A stretch of 16,687 nt of DNA from Candidatus Undinarchaeales archaeon (GTDB taxonomy: Archaea; SpSt-1190; JASMDC01): assembly GCA_030753015.1 (NCBI GenBank), contig JASMDC010000061.1:1-16687 (forward strand), given 5' to 3'. Positions 1-6,410 of the stretch are shown piece after piece. The position numbers and the translations under genes were made by a program. Numbering within the stretch: the stretch's first letter is position 1; each line of letters opens with the position of its first letter. The notes under the pieces were generated by a model that saw nothing but the letters and a program-made list of their open reading frames with translations, did not search any database and was not told where the DNA came from.

Positions 1-34
1 TGGTGTCGAGCTTGACGACGAGCGTTTGCTCCAT
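1..34 (-). CDS. tnpB: 5' end of probable IS200/IS605-family TnpB (RNA-guided nuclease), runs off the window
   Basis: Reverse strand reads ATG GAG CAA ACG CTC GTC GTC AAG CTC GAC ACC = MEQTLVVKLDT, resembling the TnpB N-terminal 'T-x-x-x-K-L' strand. It lies just inside an IS200/IS605-type end hairpin, with an AT-rich TATA-like element (59-65) upstream. Only 11 codons are visible. Confidence 0.55.
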   Translation of the reverse strand, partial: MEQTLVVKLDT

Positions 35-186
35 GATCGTATGTTATGCTTTTCTGGTCTTTTATCGCTTTGGGGGGAAGCGTGCCGGTACTCATTTCAG
101 GGAGGCTTACCGGCGAAGGCATTGAACCTTTCTGATCTCCAATTCCTCCCCCCAATAAATGGGGGGGCTTCCTTGGAGGGGGGTTG
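1..186 (-). mobile_element. Left end of an IS200/IS605-family element (tnpB directly after the end, IS1341-like layout)
   Basis: Minus strand reads CAAGGAAGCCCCCCCATTTATTGGGGGGAGGAATTG, the GGAAGCCC-hairpin-GGGAGG signature of IS200/IS605 ends. Stem 148-154/160-166, outer pairing CTCCAA 137-142 / TTGGAG 173-178, further hairpins at 66-82 and 84-114. The boundary near 186 is inferred from where the interrupted gene resumes. Confidence 0.65.
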
Positions 187-398
187 GTGACATCGAGCTC
201 CTCAGGAGGACCGGAAGGATCGGCGCGAACCACACGGACAGGTTCCGCCTCCTGCGTGCCGGCAACCCGGAGCTCTACCGTATCGCGCATAAGCTGTTCA
301 GGTTCTACAGGGATTCGTACAACAAGACAATCTCGGAACCAGTGTCCAGGCAGGTGAGGGAGAACGTCAGGGCTGCACGACGACTGGTCCTTGGCTAA
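187..398 (+). pseudogene. 3' remnant of a HEPN-like toxin gene interrupted by the IS
   Basis: After the IS end the frame reads DIELLRRTGRIGANHTDRFRLL...PELYRIAHKLFRFYRDSYNKTIS..., a helical segment like archaeal MNT-partner proteins. It overlaps the start of the MNT gene, and the ORF-track ATG at 159 lies inside the IS hairpin. Confidence 0.55.
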
Positions 399-951
399 GG
401 AGCGGATACTCGCCTGGATGAAGAGGCCAGGTGTGGTCGACGTGGTGCTCTTCGGCTCATTCGCACGTTCCGCGACCAACCCTGGTGACATAGATGTCGG
501 TATCATCGTGGAGGACGCGAGGGAGGGCGATGTCCTCGACCTCGTAGGATCCCTCGCCGATGAGCTCGACGGGCTCGGGACCGGGATGGATTTCCACGTG
601 ACCGCGCTGACAGAGAGGAGCTTCATACTCGGTGAGGAACCACTTGCTCGCACCATCATCGCGGAAGGCGTGAGCCTCTTGAAGGGAAAACGGACCGCAG
701 AACTGCTCGGTTATGCTCCGGTCACGATCTTCAGGTATTCGCTAAAGGGCTTCTCCCGATCGAAACGAGTGCGGTTCCACTACCTTCTCCGGGGCAGAGG
801 CGGTGCGACCGGTATGCTGGCAGAGACGGGCGCTGAGCTCATCGGTAGTGGCGTGCTCATGGTCCCCACCGAGGCAGAGGACACCCTCCGCGGCATCATG
901 GACATCTGGGACGTGCGGTTCGAGATGATGCGAGCCCTCGTGGAACGTTAA
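391..951 (+). CDS. Minimal nucleotidyltransferase (MNT, Pol-beta superfamily) with C-terminal Cas2/PaaX-like domain
   Basis: VVLFGSFARSATNPGDIDV = GS-x10-DxD motif. C-terminal ~80 aa YSLKG...RVRFHYLLRG...IGSGVLMVP... is shared in pattern with the two other MNTs here. TTG start overlaps the upstream gene. Confidence 0.85.
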   Translation: MAKERILAWMKRPGVVDVVLFGSFARSATNPGDIDVGIIVEDAREGDVLDLVGSLADELDGLGTGMDFHVTALTERSFILGEEPLARTIIAEGVSLLKGKRTAELLGYAPVTIFRYSLKGFSRSKRVRFHYLLRGRGGATGMLAETGAELIGSGVLMVPTEAEDTLRGIMDIWDVRFEMMRALVER

Positions 952-1001
952 TAGTGTTAACAGTTCTCATATTATTTTCCTTTTTGGTTAATATTGTTAA
1001 C
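947..1001. repeat. Two 15-bp palindromes GTTAA-N5-TTAAC, 40 bp apart
   Basis: GTTAATAGTGTTAAC (947-961) and GTTAATATTGTTAAC (987-1001), 14/15 identical, flanking an AT/T-rich spacer. Confidence 0.7.
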
Positions 1002-1095
1002 GAGTCGTCGTGAACAGGGAGGCAAGTACAAGCAGCAGGGGTGGGAGTGATCCCCTCCGTGTCATATCGACCTCCTGTGCCTGATGAGTTTCCGC

Positions 1096-1130
1096 AAACT
1101 TGTTAAACTTGTGAAACAATGTAAACTGTA
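1096..1130 (+). promoter_or_regulatory. Probable vapBC operator/promoter: four 9-bp-phased direct repeats
   Basis: AAAC starts at 1096, 1105, 1114 and 1123 (AAACTTGTT, AAACTTGTG, AAACAATGT, AAACTGTAG), immediately upstream of the antitoxin ATG at 1139. Confidence 0.6.
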
Positions 1131-1138
1131 GAGATAAC

Positions 1139-1378
1139 ATGGACGTCACTATCCGCAAGGTGGATGAGCGTGCCTACCGGCTCTTCAAGGCCAGGGCCGC
1201 GGAGCGCGGGCTCAATCTCGGGGAGGCGCTCTCGATCGCTCTCCAGGAGTGGTCCAAGCACGAATTACCTCAAGGACCTCGGACCGAACTGCTCGCCCAT
1301 CTCCCCGTCTTCGACTGGGGCACGAGGAGCGAGAGCCTTAGCGAGGACATCGACCGGATCCTTTATGGTGGGGAGTGA
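1139..1378 (+). CDS. vapB: Ribbon-helix-helix antitoxin (VapB-like)
   Basis: MDVTIRKVDERAYRLFKARAAERGLNLGEALSIALQEW fits an RHH pattern. C-terminal 'SEDIDRILYG' is typical of archaeal VapB. Directly upstream of a PIN gene. Confidence 0.8.
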   Translation: MDVTIRKVDERAYRLFKARAAERGLNLGEALSIALQEWSKHELPQGPRTELLAHLPVFDWGTRSESLSEDIDRILYGGE

Positions 1379-1382
1379 GCCC

Positions 1383-1793
1383 GTGATCATCATAGACTCA
1401 TCGGTCGTTCTCGCACGTACGAATCCGAAGGACAACAATCATGAGCGTGCTTGTCAGGTCATGGAGGTCGTCAAGTCAGGGCAGTATGGGCCACTTGTCA
1501 TCACCGACCACATCCTCGCTGAGGTCGTGACCATTACCATGCTCCGACTCGGGATCGAGCAGGCCCGCACCATCGGGTCCACCCTCATGGCAGCGACCGA
1601 GGTGCGGAACGTCGACGACATTGCCCTCCCGCTCGCATGGCGCATCTTCTGCGCACAGGAGAAGGGGCGGCTGAGCCTCTGCGACTGCGCTACTGTGGCC
1701 GTGGCGCGCATCGATGGCATCGAGCACGTGGCGACCTTCGACCGGGACCTCGGACGGGTGGAAGGGATCACGGCGGTCGACGGGAGTAGCTAG
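1383..1793 (+). CDS. vapC: PIN-domain ribonuclease toxin (VapC)
   Basis: IIDSSVVLA...ILAEVVT...LSLCDCATVA...ATFDRDL carries the conserved acidic PIN residues. Start is GTG 1383 or ATG 1365; the ORF-track extension to 1164 overlaps vapB and is spurious. Confidence 0.9.
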   Translation: MIIIDSSVVLARTNPKDNNHERACQVMEVVKSGQYGPLVITDHILAEVVTITMLRLGIEQARTIGSTLMAATEVRNVDDIALPLAWRIFCAQEKGRLSLCDCATVAVARIDGIEHVATFDRDLGRVEGITAVDGSS

Positions 1794-1820
1794 TTCTGCT
1801 CCGCCCACCCGGTATCCCCT

Positions 1821-1898
1821 GTTATTCATAACACATTTCACCGTTATTCATAACGTCATACCTCGTTACAGGTAACGGTATAGACCGTTATTCATAAC
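1821..1898. repeat. Array of four GTTA-N4-TAAC palindromes with exact 22-bp period (probable operator)
   Basis: GTTATTCATAAC at 1821, 1843 and 1887, and GTTACAGGTAAC at 1865, with 10-bp spacers. The array abuts a TATA box. Confidence 0.85.
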
Positions 1899-1899
1899 G

Positions 1900-1907
1900 T
1901 ATATAAG
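1900..1907 (+). promoter_or_regulatory. Archaeal TATA box of HEPN-like/MNT module 2
   Basis: TATATAAG about 24-31 bp upstream of ATG 1931. Confidence 0.6.
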
Positions 1908-1930
1908 CCAGGACGATCATATCTCTATTG

Positions 1931-2335
1931 ATGACCTCTATCGAGGAACATGAGCATGCTGCCGATGAGCTCATACGTGACATCGAGGAGAAGGTACGCT
2001 TCCACCTCCTCGCCAGACGTCAGCGGATCGTCGGATTCGCGGCCTCGGAGGCCGCCGTGAACCTCTTTGCGGCCCTGCTCCACAAGCGCAACCTCATCGG
2101 TCCCGGCACGAACATCAACCACAGGGCCTTTAAGTCCATGAAGATGGCGCGGGAGCAGTACGGCCTCGGATTACCGCACGGGGACGAGCTCCTCATGTTC
2201 TTGGTCGCCCAGGAGGACTTCCGTGACAAGCTCTGCTATGGCAAGGCCAAGGACGAGAGCGTCGTGCAGGAGGCTGTTAGGAACCTCTTCGAACTGAAGA
2301 GGCTCATCGAGTCCATCCAGGAGGGATCGGAATAG
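1931..2335 (+). CDS. HEPN-like helical protein (MNT partner, putative toxin)
   Basis: About 134 aa, helical. RQRIVGF.SEAAVNL...LH...H..F.S...RDKLCYG aligns by eye with the 5405-5803 product. Immediately upstream of an MNT gene. Confidence 0.65.
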   Translation: MTSIEEHEHAADELIRDIEEKVRFHLLARRQRIVGFAASEAAVNLFAALLHKRNLIGPGTNINHRAFKSMKMAREQYGLGLPHGDELLMFLVAQEDFRDKLCYGKAKDESVVQEAVRNLFELKRLIESIQEGSE

Positions 2336-2346
2336 AGCGGCGCGAA

Positions 2347-2940
2347 GTGTTAGCTGACATTCTCGACTTCGTCTCGTTCCTCATGGAGGAGCCCGGTATG
2401 GTGGAACGTATCGGTCGCATCGTGCTGTTCGGTAGCGTCGCCCGGGGGGACTTCGACGAGGAGAGCGACATCGACCTCTTCATCGATGTTCTGAGCGACG
2501 ATGACATCGCATTCGTGGAGGAGCAGAGTCGCTCCGTCCTGGACAGGTTCGAGTCGTCGGCGGAGACGACCTGGCACCTGCGGGGGATAGACCTGCCCAT
2601 CCGTCCCCTCGTCGGACGCCTGGACGATCCGAGATGGGCCGCACTCGTAGAAGATATCAAGGGCAATGGGATCGTTCTCTACGGCCCCTTTGATCAGCTT
2701 CCCGAGAACCTGGAGCGCAGGGTGTTGGTCAACTACTCGCTCGCGGGGCTCGAGCAGAAGGAAAAGATGCGCGTCATACGGCGACTGAAGGGTAGCGTAC
2801 CCACGGGTCTACAGGAAAGGACGCTTCTTGCGGGGAAGGCGCTCCTGGTCGATCCCGTTGACGCAGTGGAACTGGGATCCCTCCTGAGGAAACACGGAGC
2901 GCGCTATCAGGTGCGCGAGGTGTACCTGAGAGAGAGCTAG
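2347..2940 (+). CDS. MNT nucleotidyltransferase with C-terminal Cas2/PaaX-like domain
   Basis: IVLFGSVARGDFDEESDIDLFID motif, GIVLYG end of the MNT domain, then YSLAGLEQKEKMRVIRRLKG...ALLV. Confidence 0.88.
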   Translation: MLADILDFVSFLMEEPGMVERIGRIVLFGSVARGDFDEESDIDLFIDVLSDDDIAFVEEQSRSVLDRFESSAETTWHLRGIDLPIRPLVGRLDDPRWAALVEDIKGNGIVLYGPFDQLPENLERRVLVNYSLAGLEQKEKMRVIRRLKGSVPTGLQERTLLAGKALLVDPVDAVELGSLLRKHGARYQVREVYLRES

Positions 2941-2942
2941 TC

Positions 2943-4202
2943 CTACTGGTTCTGGCTCCATTGCTGGAACTGGTCCGCCCACTCGCCCTGGCTTGTCGGC
3001 TCGTCGGGCGGGGGCTCGTACGAGGGCTGCTCCTCCCGTGGCTCGTTCGACCCGGTCATCGCCTTCACCCGCGTGATCAGGTCCTTGATGCGCGGCATCT
3101 CCACGCCGGCCAGCAGGATGACCACCTCGAACCGGTCATAGCTGGAGATCACGGCGTTCCCCCAGCGCACGGTGCCGCCGGCGCCATCGTTGAGCTGGCT
3201 CCCTAGCCAGCTGATGGCCTCGTGGAGCTCGGACACCTTGGGCGAGGAGGGGCCGGCGACGATGAGGGCCGCCGAGCGTGCGCTCGTGTACACCGCCTGG
3301 GTCGTCGTCCCCTGGAGCACCGCCATCTGGACCAGGTTGGTCAGGCTGGAGCGCGAGTTGCCCTCGGCGTCCACGGGCGATTCTGCCCGGCCCAGGCAGC
3401 ACAGCACTCCGTAGTCGCTGGTCTTGGCCTCGAGGATGGTGTTCTTCAGGTCCGTGGAGTCCATGACCAGGTCCTGCTCCTGTGAGATGGGCAGGCCCGA
3501 GATGGTCAGCAGCTTGATCTGCTTGAGGATCTCCCGGTTGATCTGGTCGAAGATCTCGTTGATACCCACCCGACCTCGCACCTGGGTCGGGATGCGCTCG
3601 TAGAACCACTCGTTATCGGCGATGATGAGCCCGTCCAGACGGGGCAGGAGGTTCTTCATCCCCCAGAGGGCGTTCTCCTCGTACCGGCCGCTCTCGTACC
3701 CGAAGGGCAGCAGCCCGATGCCGATTTTGACGAAGTCGTTGGGATTGACTACGTGGCGCTGGATGAACACCTCGTCGATTATGTCCGCCGCTACCGGCGA
3801 GCACCCGCATCCGGAGCCACCGCCGAGCGAGGTGACGATGAAGCAGAAGTGGGGCATGATGCCGCGGCCGAGGGTGTTGACGGTGATGGTGTTGCGGATG
3901 AGGTCGCGGTTGGCGTTGGCAATGCCCTTGCAGTACTCGGGATTGCCGCCGCACCCCTTGCCGCCGCCGATGAGGATCCGCGACTCCTCGGGGATGTGGA
4001 GGATGTTGAGGTCGCGGATATTGGTGTTCAGGGCCACCGAAGAGAAGTAATCGTCCACCCGCAGGGTGGATATGCCCATGGAGCGGGCGAAGGTCAGCAT
4101 CTGGCTGACGGTCGAGCGTTGGAACTCGGCCACGGCGTCGAGCACGCGGGTGCCCCCCTGACCCAGCCCCATTGCGAATATCTGACTTCCTGAGACGTCC
4201 AT
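2943..4202 (-). CDS. cetZ: CetZ-like tubulin/FtsZ-superfamily GTPase
   Basis: GLGQGGTRVLD (T1), ALNTN..DL, RILIG..KGCGGN (T3), SLGGGSGCG (T4 signature), GLLP..E.G.Y..NA, LDGLIIADNE, FDQINREI, VMDSTDLKNTI (T7). The C-terminal LIVAGP...VRWG...VILLAGVEMPRIKDL pattern matches CetZ rather than FtsZ1/2. Start ATG 4202 (or GTG 4211). Confidence 0.85.
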   Translation of the reverse strand: MDVSGSQIFAMGLGQGGTRVLDAVAEFQRSTVSQMLTFARSMGISTLRVDDYFSSVALNTNIRDLNILHIPEESRILIGGGKGCGGNPEYCKGIANANRDLIRNTITVNTLGRGIMPHFCFIVTSLGGGSGCGCSPVAADIIDEVFIQRHVVNPNDFVKIGIGLLPFGYESGRYEENALWGMKNLLPRLDGLIIADNEWFYERIPTQVRGRVGINEIFDQINREILKQIKLLTISGLPISQEQDLVMDSTDLKNTILEAKTSDYGVLCCLGRAESPVDAEGNSRSSLTNLVQMAVLQGTTTQAVYTSARSAALIVAGPSSPKVSELHEAISWLGSQLNDGAGGTVRWGNAVISSYDRFEVVILLAGVEMPRIKDLITRVKAMTGSNEPREEQPSYEPPPDEPTSQGEWADQFQQWSQNQ

Positions 4203-4220
4203 GATGCACACTTCCCGTTA

Positions 4221-5216
4221 TCAGCCGAACAGGTCCTCCTCCAGCGTCTTCTTCGTGGGCGCGGCCCGCTCGCCGAAGCGGACGTCCTCGAGCTCGCCCA
4301 TTAGATCGGCCTCGAGGCTGACGGCCTTGCGACCCTCCTGTTCAGCCCCTGCACGGACCTCCATGAAATAATTATATATCTTCTGATATCGCGGCCGGAA
4401 CGTTAGGGCGAACAGCTCGTAGTCCGGAGTAGGCGCGACGAAGGTGCGCACGCTCGGGATGATACCGGGTGGCTCCTTGGGCATGCACACGTAAGAGAAC
4501 GAGTTATCGGTGATGGAGAAGTCGGAAGCGCACACGTTCTGGAGGATGGCCGTGTTCATGTCGAGGCCCTGGAGGCTTTCTGCGAACGACGGGACGCACA
4601 GTTCGCCGGTGAGGCCGTCCGAGGCCAGGTACTGGCGCATGCCGTACGTGCCGTTGAGACCCCTGAGGATGTCGAGCATGTACTGGACGAAGGTGTCCAT
4701 GCGCTCGAACGCCGTGTGCTGGTCGACCGCCTTTACTTTGCTCGTCAGTCGCTCCTCTTCGAGCACGATGACCATGTCAGCGGTCTCTTTCATGTCAACC
4801 ATCGTGGCGACGAGGTTGCGCTTGGCGGGCATGGGGTACTCCTTCATGTAGGGGAGGAGGATCACGGCACAGAGGAAGGCGTCGGGCTGGTACTGGCGGA
4901 TGCGCTCGAAGGCGTGGGCGGCCAGTGCCCCGTACTCAGTCGTGGGATTGAGCAGTGCCACGCTCATGCCATCGGTCATGTCCAGGGAGTGGTCCACCCA
5001 GTCCCGGACCAGCCCCATCTTGAAGTCGCGCTTGCTGGTATCGTCGGAGATCTCGATCTTGAGGCATTTGTTGCGGTCGAACTCCTTGAGATCACTGATG
5101 CTCGCCGAGGCCAGGGCAATGGGTGCGCGATGGCGCTCGGTGTACCGCTCGATCCACGTGGTACCGAAGGTCCCGAGCCCGATTAGGTTCACAGCACTCC
5201 CTCCACCGAATGCCAT
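4221..5216 (-). CDS. Degenerate tubulin/FtsZ-fold paralogue lacking the GGGxGxG signature (probable pseudo-GTPase)
   Basis: Colinear remnants: VNLIGLGTFG (T1), ASASISDL, AVILLPYMKE, RNLVATMVDMKETADMVIVLEEERL (cf. NA...L....D.LI..DNE) and AFERMD (cf. F..IN). The T4 position reads LNPTTEYGA. Start ATG 5216 (GGTG upstream) or 5249. Confidence 0.65.
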   Translation of the reverse strand: MAFGGGSAVNLIGLGTFGTTWIERYTERHRAPIALASASISDLKEFDRNKCLKIEISDDTSKRDFKMGLVRDWVDHSLDMTDGMSVALLNPTTEYGALAAHAFERIRQYQPDAFLCAVILLPYMKEYPMPAKRNLVATMVDMKETADMVIVLEEERLTSKVKAVDQHTAFERMDTFVQYMLDILRGLNGTYGMRQYLASDGLTGELCVPSFAESLQGLDMNTAILQNVCASDFSITDNSFSYVCMPKEPPGIIPSVRTFVAPTPDYELFALTFRPRYQKIYNYFMEVRAGAEQEGRKAVSLEADLMGELEDVRFGERAAPTKKTLEEDLFG

Positions 5217-5301
5217 TGTGACACCAGCTAGCCTTTTATGTGCATCCATTCCCGGGCGAGATGCTGGTGTACCGGACCTGGTGATGACATGTATCTGTTT
5301 A

Positions 5302-5403
5302 GATACGAGTGTAACCTAAATTAGTTACAAATGTACCCCTAAAGGGAGTATAGAAATATATTTATAGTTACAAATGTAACCTTATATTGGTTTCTGGTGT
5401 AAC
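5302..5403. repeat. Array of GTTAC-N4-GTAAC palindromes (~22-bp phase) upstream of module 3
   Basis: GATACGAGTGTAAC 5302, GTTACAAATGTACC 5324, GTTACAAATGTAAC 5367 and GTTTCTGGTGTAAC 5390, interleaved with AT-rich TATA-like tracts (5354-5366, 5382-5388). Confidence 0.75.
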
Positions 5404-5404
5404 C

Positions 5405-5803
5405 ATGCAACCCGCATCCCACCGTGCAAGGATACGCGAGAGCGTCGATGTCATCGAGGAGAGCATCACCCGTGGGCTTGTGGAGCGTCAGCGTACCATC
5501 GGCTTTCACACATCCGTGTCGGCAGTGGACATGCTGGAGCTCTACCTCCACGAGCTGCATGTCATAGATCCGGGTGCTGTCCTCAAGCACGAGTGGTTCA
5601 CTTCTGAGCGGAGGATAGCTCAGCGGGTCCCCTGGAGCTTCGAAGGAAGGGACAAGATACTCCCTCTTCTCATCAGGATCGAGTCGCGTCGCAACCTCCT
5701 CTGTTACTCCACGCCCCGCGAGGAGCAGGTCGTTGAAGAGGTGCTGGTCGCATTCCAGGAACTGAGGAAGGTGTTCAGGAGGTTCGGGATCGATGGAATC
5801 TAA
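5405..5803 (+). CDS. HEPN-like helical protein (MNT partner, putative toxin)
   Basis: RQRTIGFHTSVSAVDMLELYLH...KHEWFTS...RRNLLCY; paralogue of 1931-2335. Overlaps the MNT start. ATG at 5405. Confidence 0.68.
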   Translation: MQPASHRARIRESVDVIEESITRGLVERQRTIGFHTSVSAVDMLELYLHELHVIDPGAVLKHEWFTSERRIAQRVPWSFEGRDKILPLLIRIESRRNLLCYSTPREEQVVEEVLVAFQELRKVFRRFGIDGI

Positions 5804-6401
5804 GCTCATTGCATACGCTATGGACTTCACGTCCTTCTTCATCATGAACCTGCGCTACGTCGAGCGTGTGAGGAGGATCATCCTCTATGGGAGCGTTGCC
5901 CGGGGCTCCTCCGAGAATGGGAGCGACGTTGATCTCTTCGTCGACACGGACGAAGACCTCAGCGATGAGGTGGAGAGACTCAGGGACGAATTCTATAGGT
6001 CCGCCCGGTTCACGAAGCATTGGAGGCTCATGGGAGTGGAGAACGAGCTCCACGTTGTGACCGGGAAGCTCGACGAATGGCAGGACCTCAAGTCGGCCAT
6101 GGCGGTTCACGGGACCGTGCTCTACGGACCGTACACGGAGATGCGCTCTGGACGATTGGAGGCGATCGTCACATGGGACCCGGTTAAACCGGCCTCGTCC
6201 CGCGTATTGCTGAACAAACGGCTGTTCGGATTCAAACAGGAGGGGCGCATCTACAGCGGTCTTGTCGAACGGCTCACTGGCTCGAAGCTTGGGCCCAGAT
6301 GCATCCTTGTTCCGGCAGAACACCTTGGACGACTCATGCATGAGTTCGACCGCCTCGGACTGGTCGTGCGCGTCAGGCACATGCGTGAGCTGCCTAGCTA
6401 G
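5793..6401 (+). CDS. MNT nucleotidyltransferase with C-terminal Cas2/PaaX-like domain
   Basis: IILYGSVARGSSENGSDVDLFVD motif, GTVLYGPY, then RVLLNKRLFG...GLVERLTGSKLGPRCILVP. Confidence 0.88.
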   Translation: MESKLIAYAMDFTSFFIMNLRYVERVRRIILYGSVARGSSENGSDVDLFVDTDEDLSDEVERLRDEFYRSARFTKHWRLMGVENELHVVTGKLDEWQDLKSAMAVHGTVLYGPYTEMRSGRLEAIVTWDPVKPASSRVLLNKRLFGFKQEGRIYSGLVERLTGSKLGPRCILVPAEHLGRLMHEFDRLGLVVRVRHMRELPS

Positions 6402-6410
6402 GCATCGCAG

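Noticed and set aside
159-398. Intact 79-aa CDS from ATG 159
   Set aside because: The start codon and first nine codons lie within the IS end, so it is treated as a truncated gene.
947-1001. Integron attC site
   Set aside because: It has AAC/GTT cores, but the inner region does not form the paired L boxes, and no integrase is visible.
1081-1117. Hammerhead ribozyme (CTGATGAG...GAAAC)
   Set aside because: The GTTT/AAAC stem after CTGATGA is not followed by GAAA, and no stem I/III partners with a cleavage triplet were found. The region is explained by the 9-bp repeats.
1821-1898. Mini CRISPR array
   Set aside because: 12-bp repeats with 10-bp spacers are far too short, and there are no cas genes in the window.
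2943-4202. Canonical division FtsZ1/FtsZ2
   Set aside because: Lacks the GxGGxGxN start, the N-x-D-F/Y-A-D T7 loop and the FtsZ-type tail. Motifs match CetZ.
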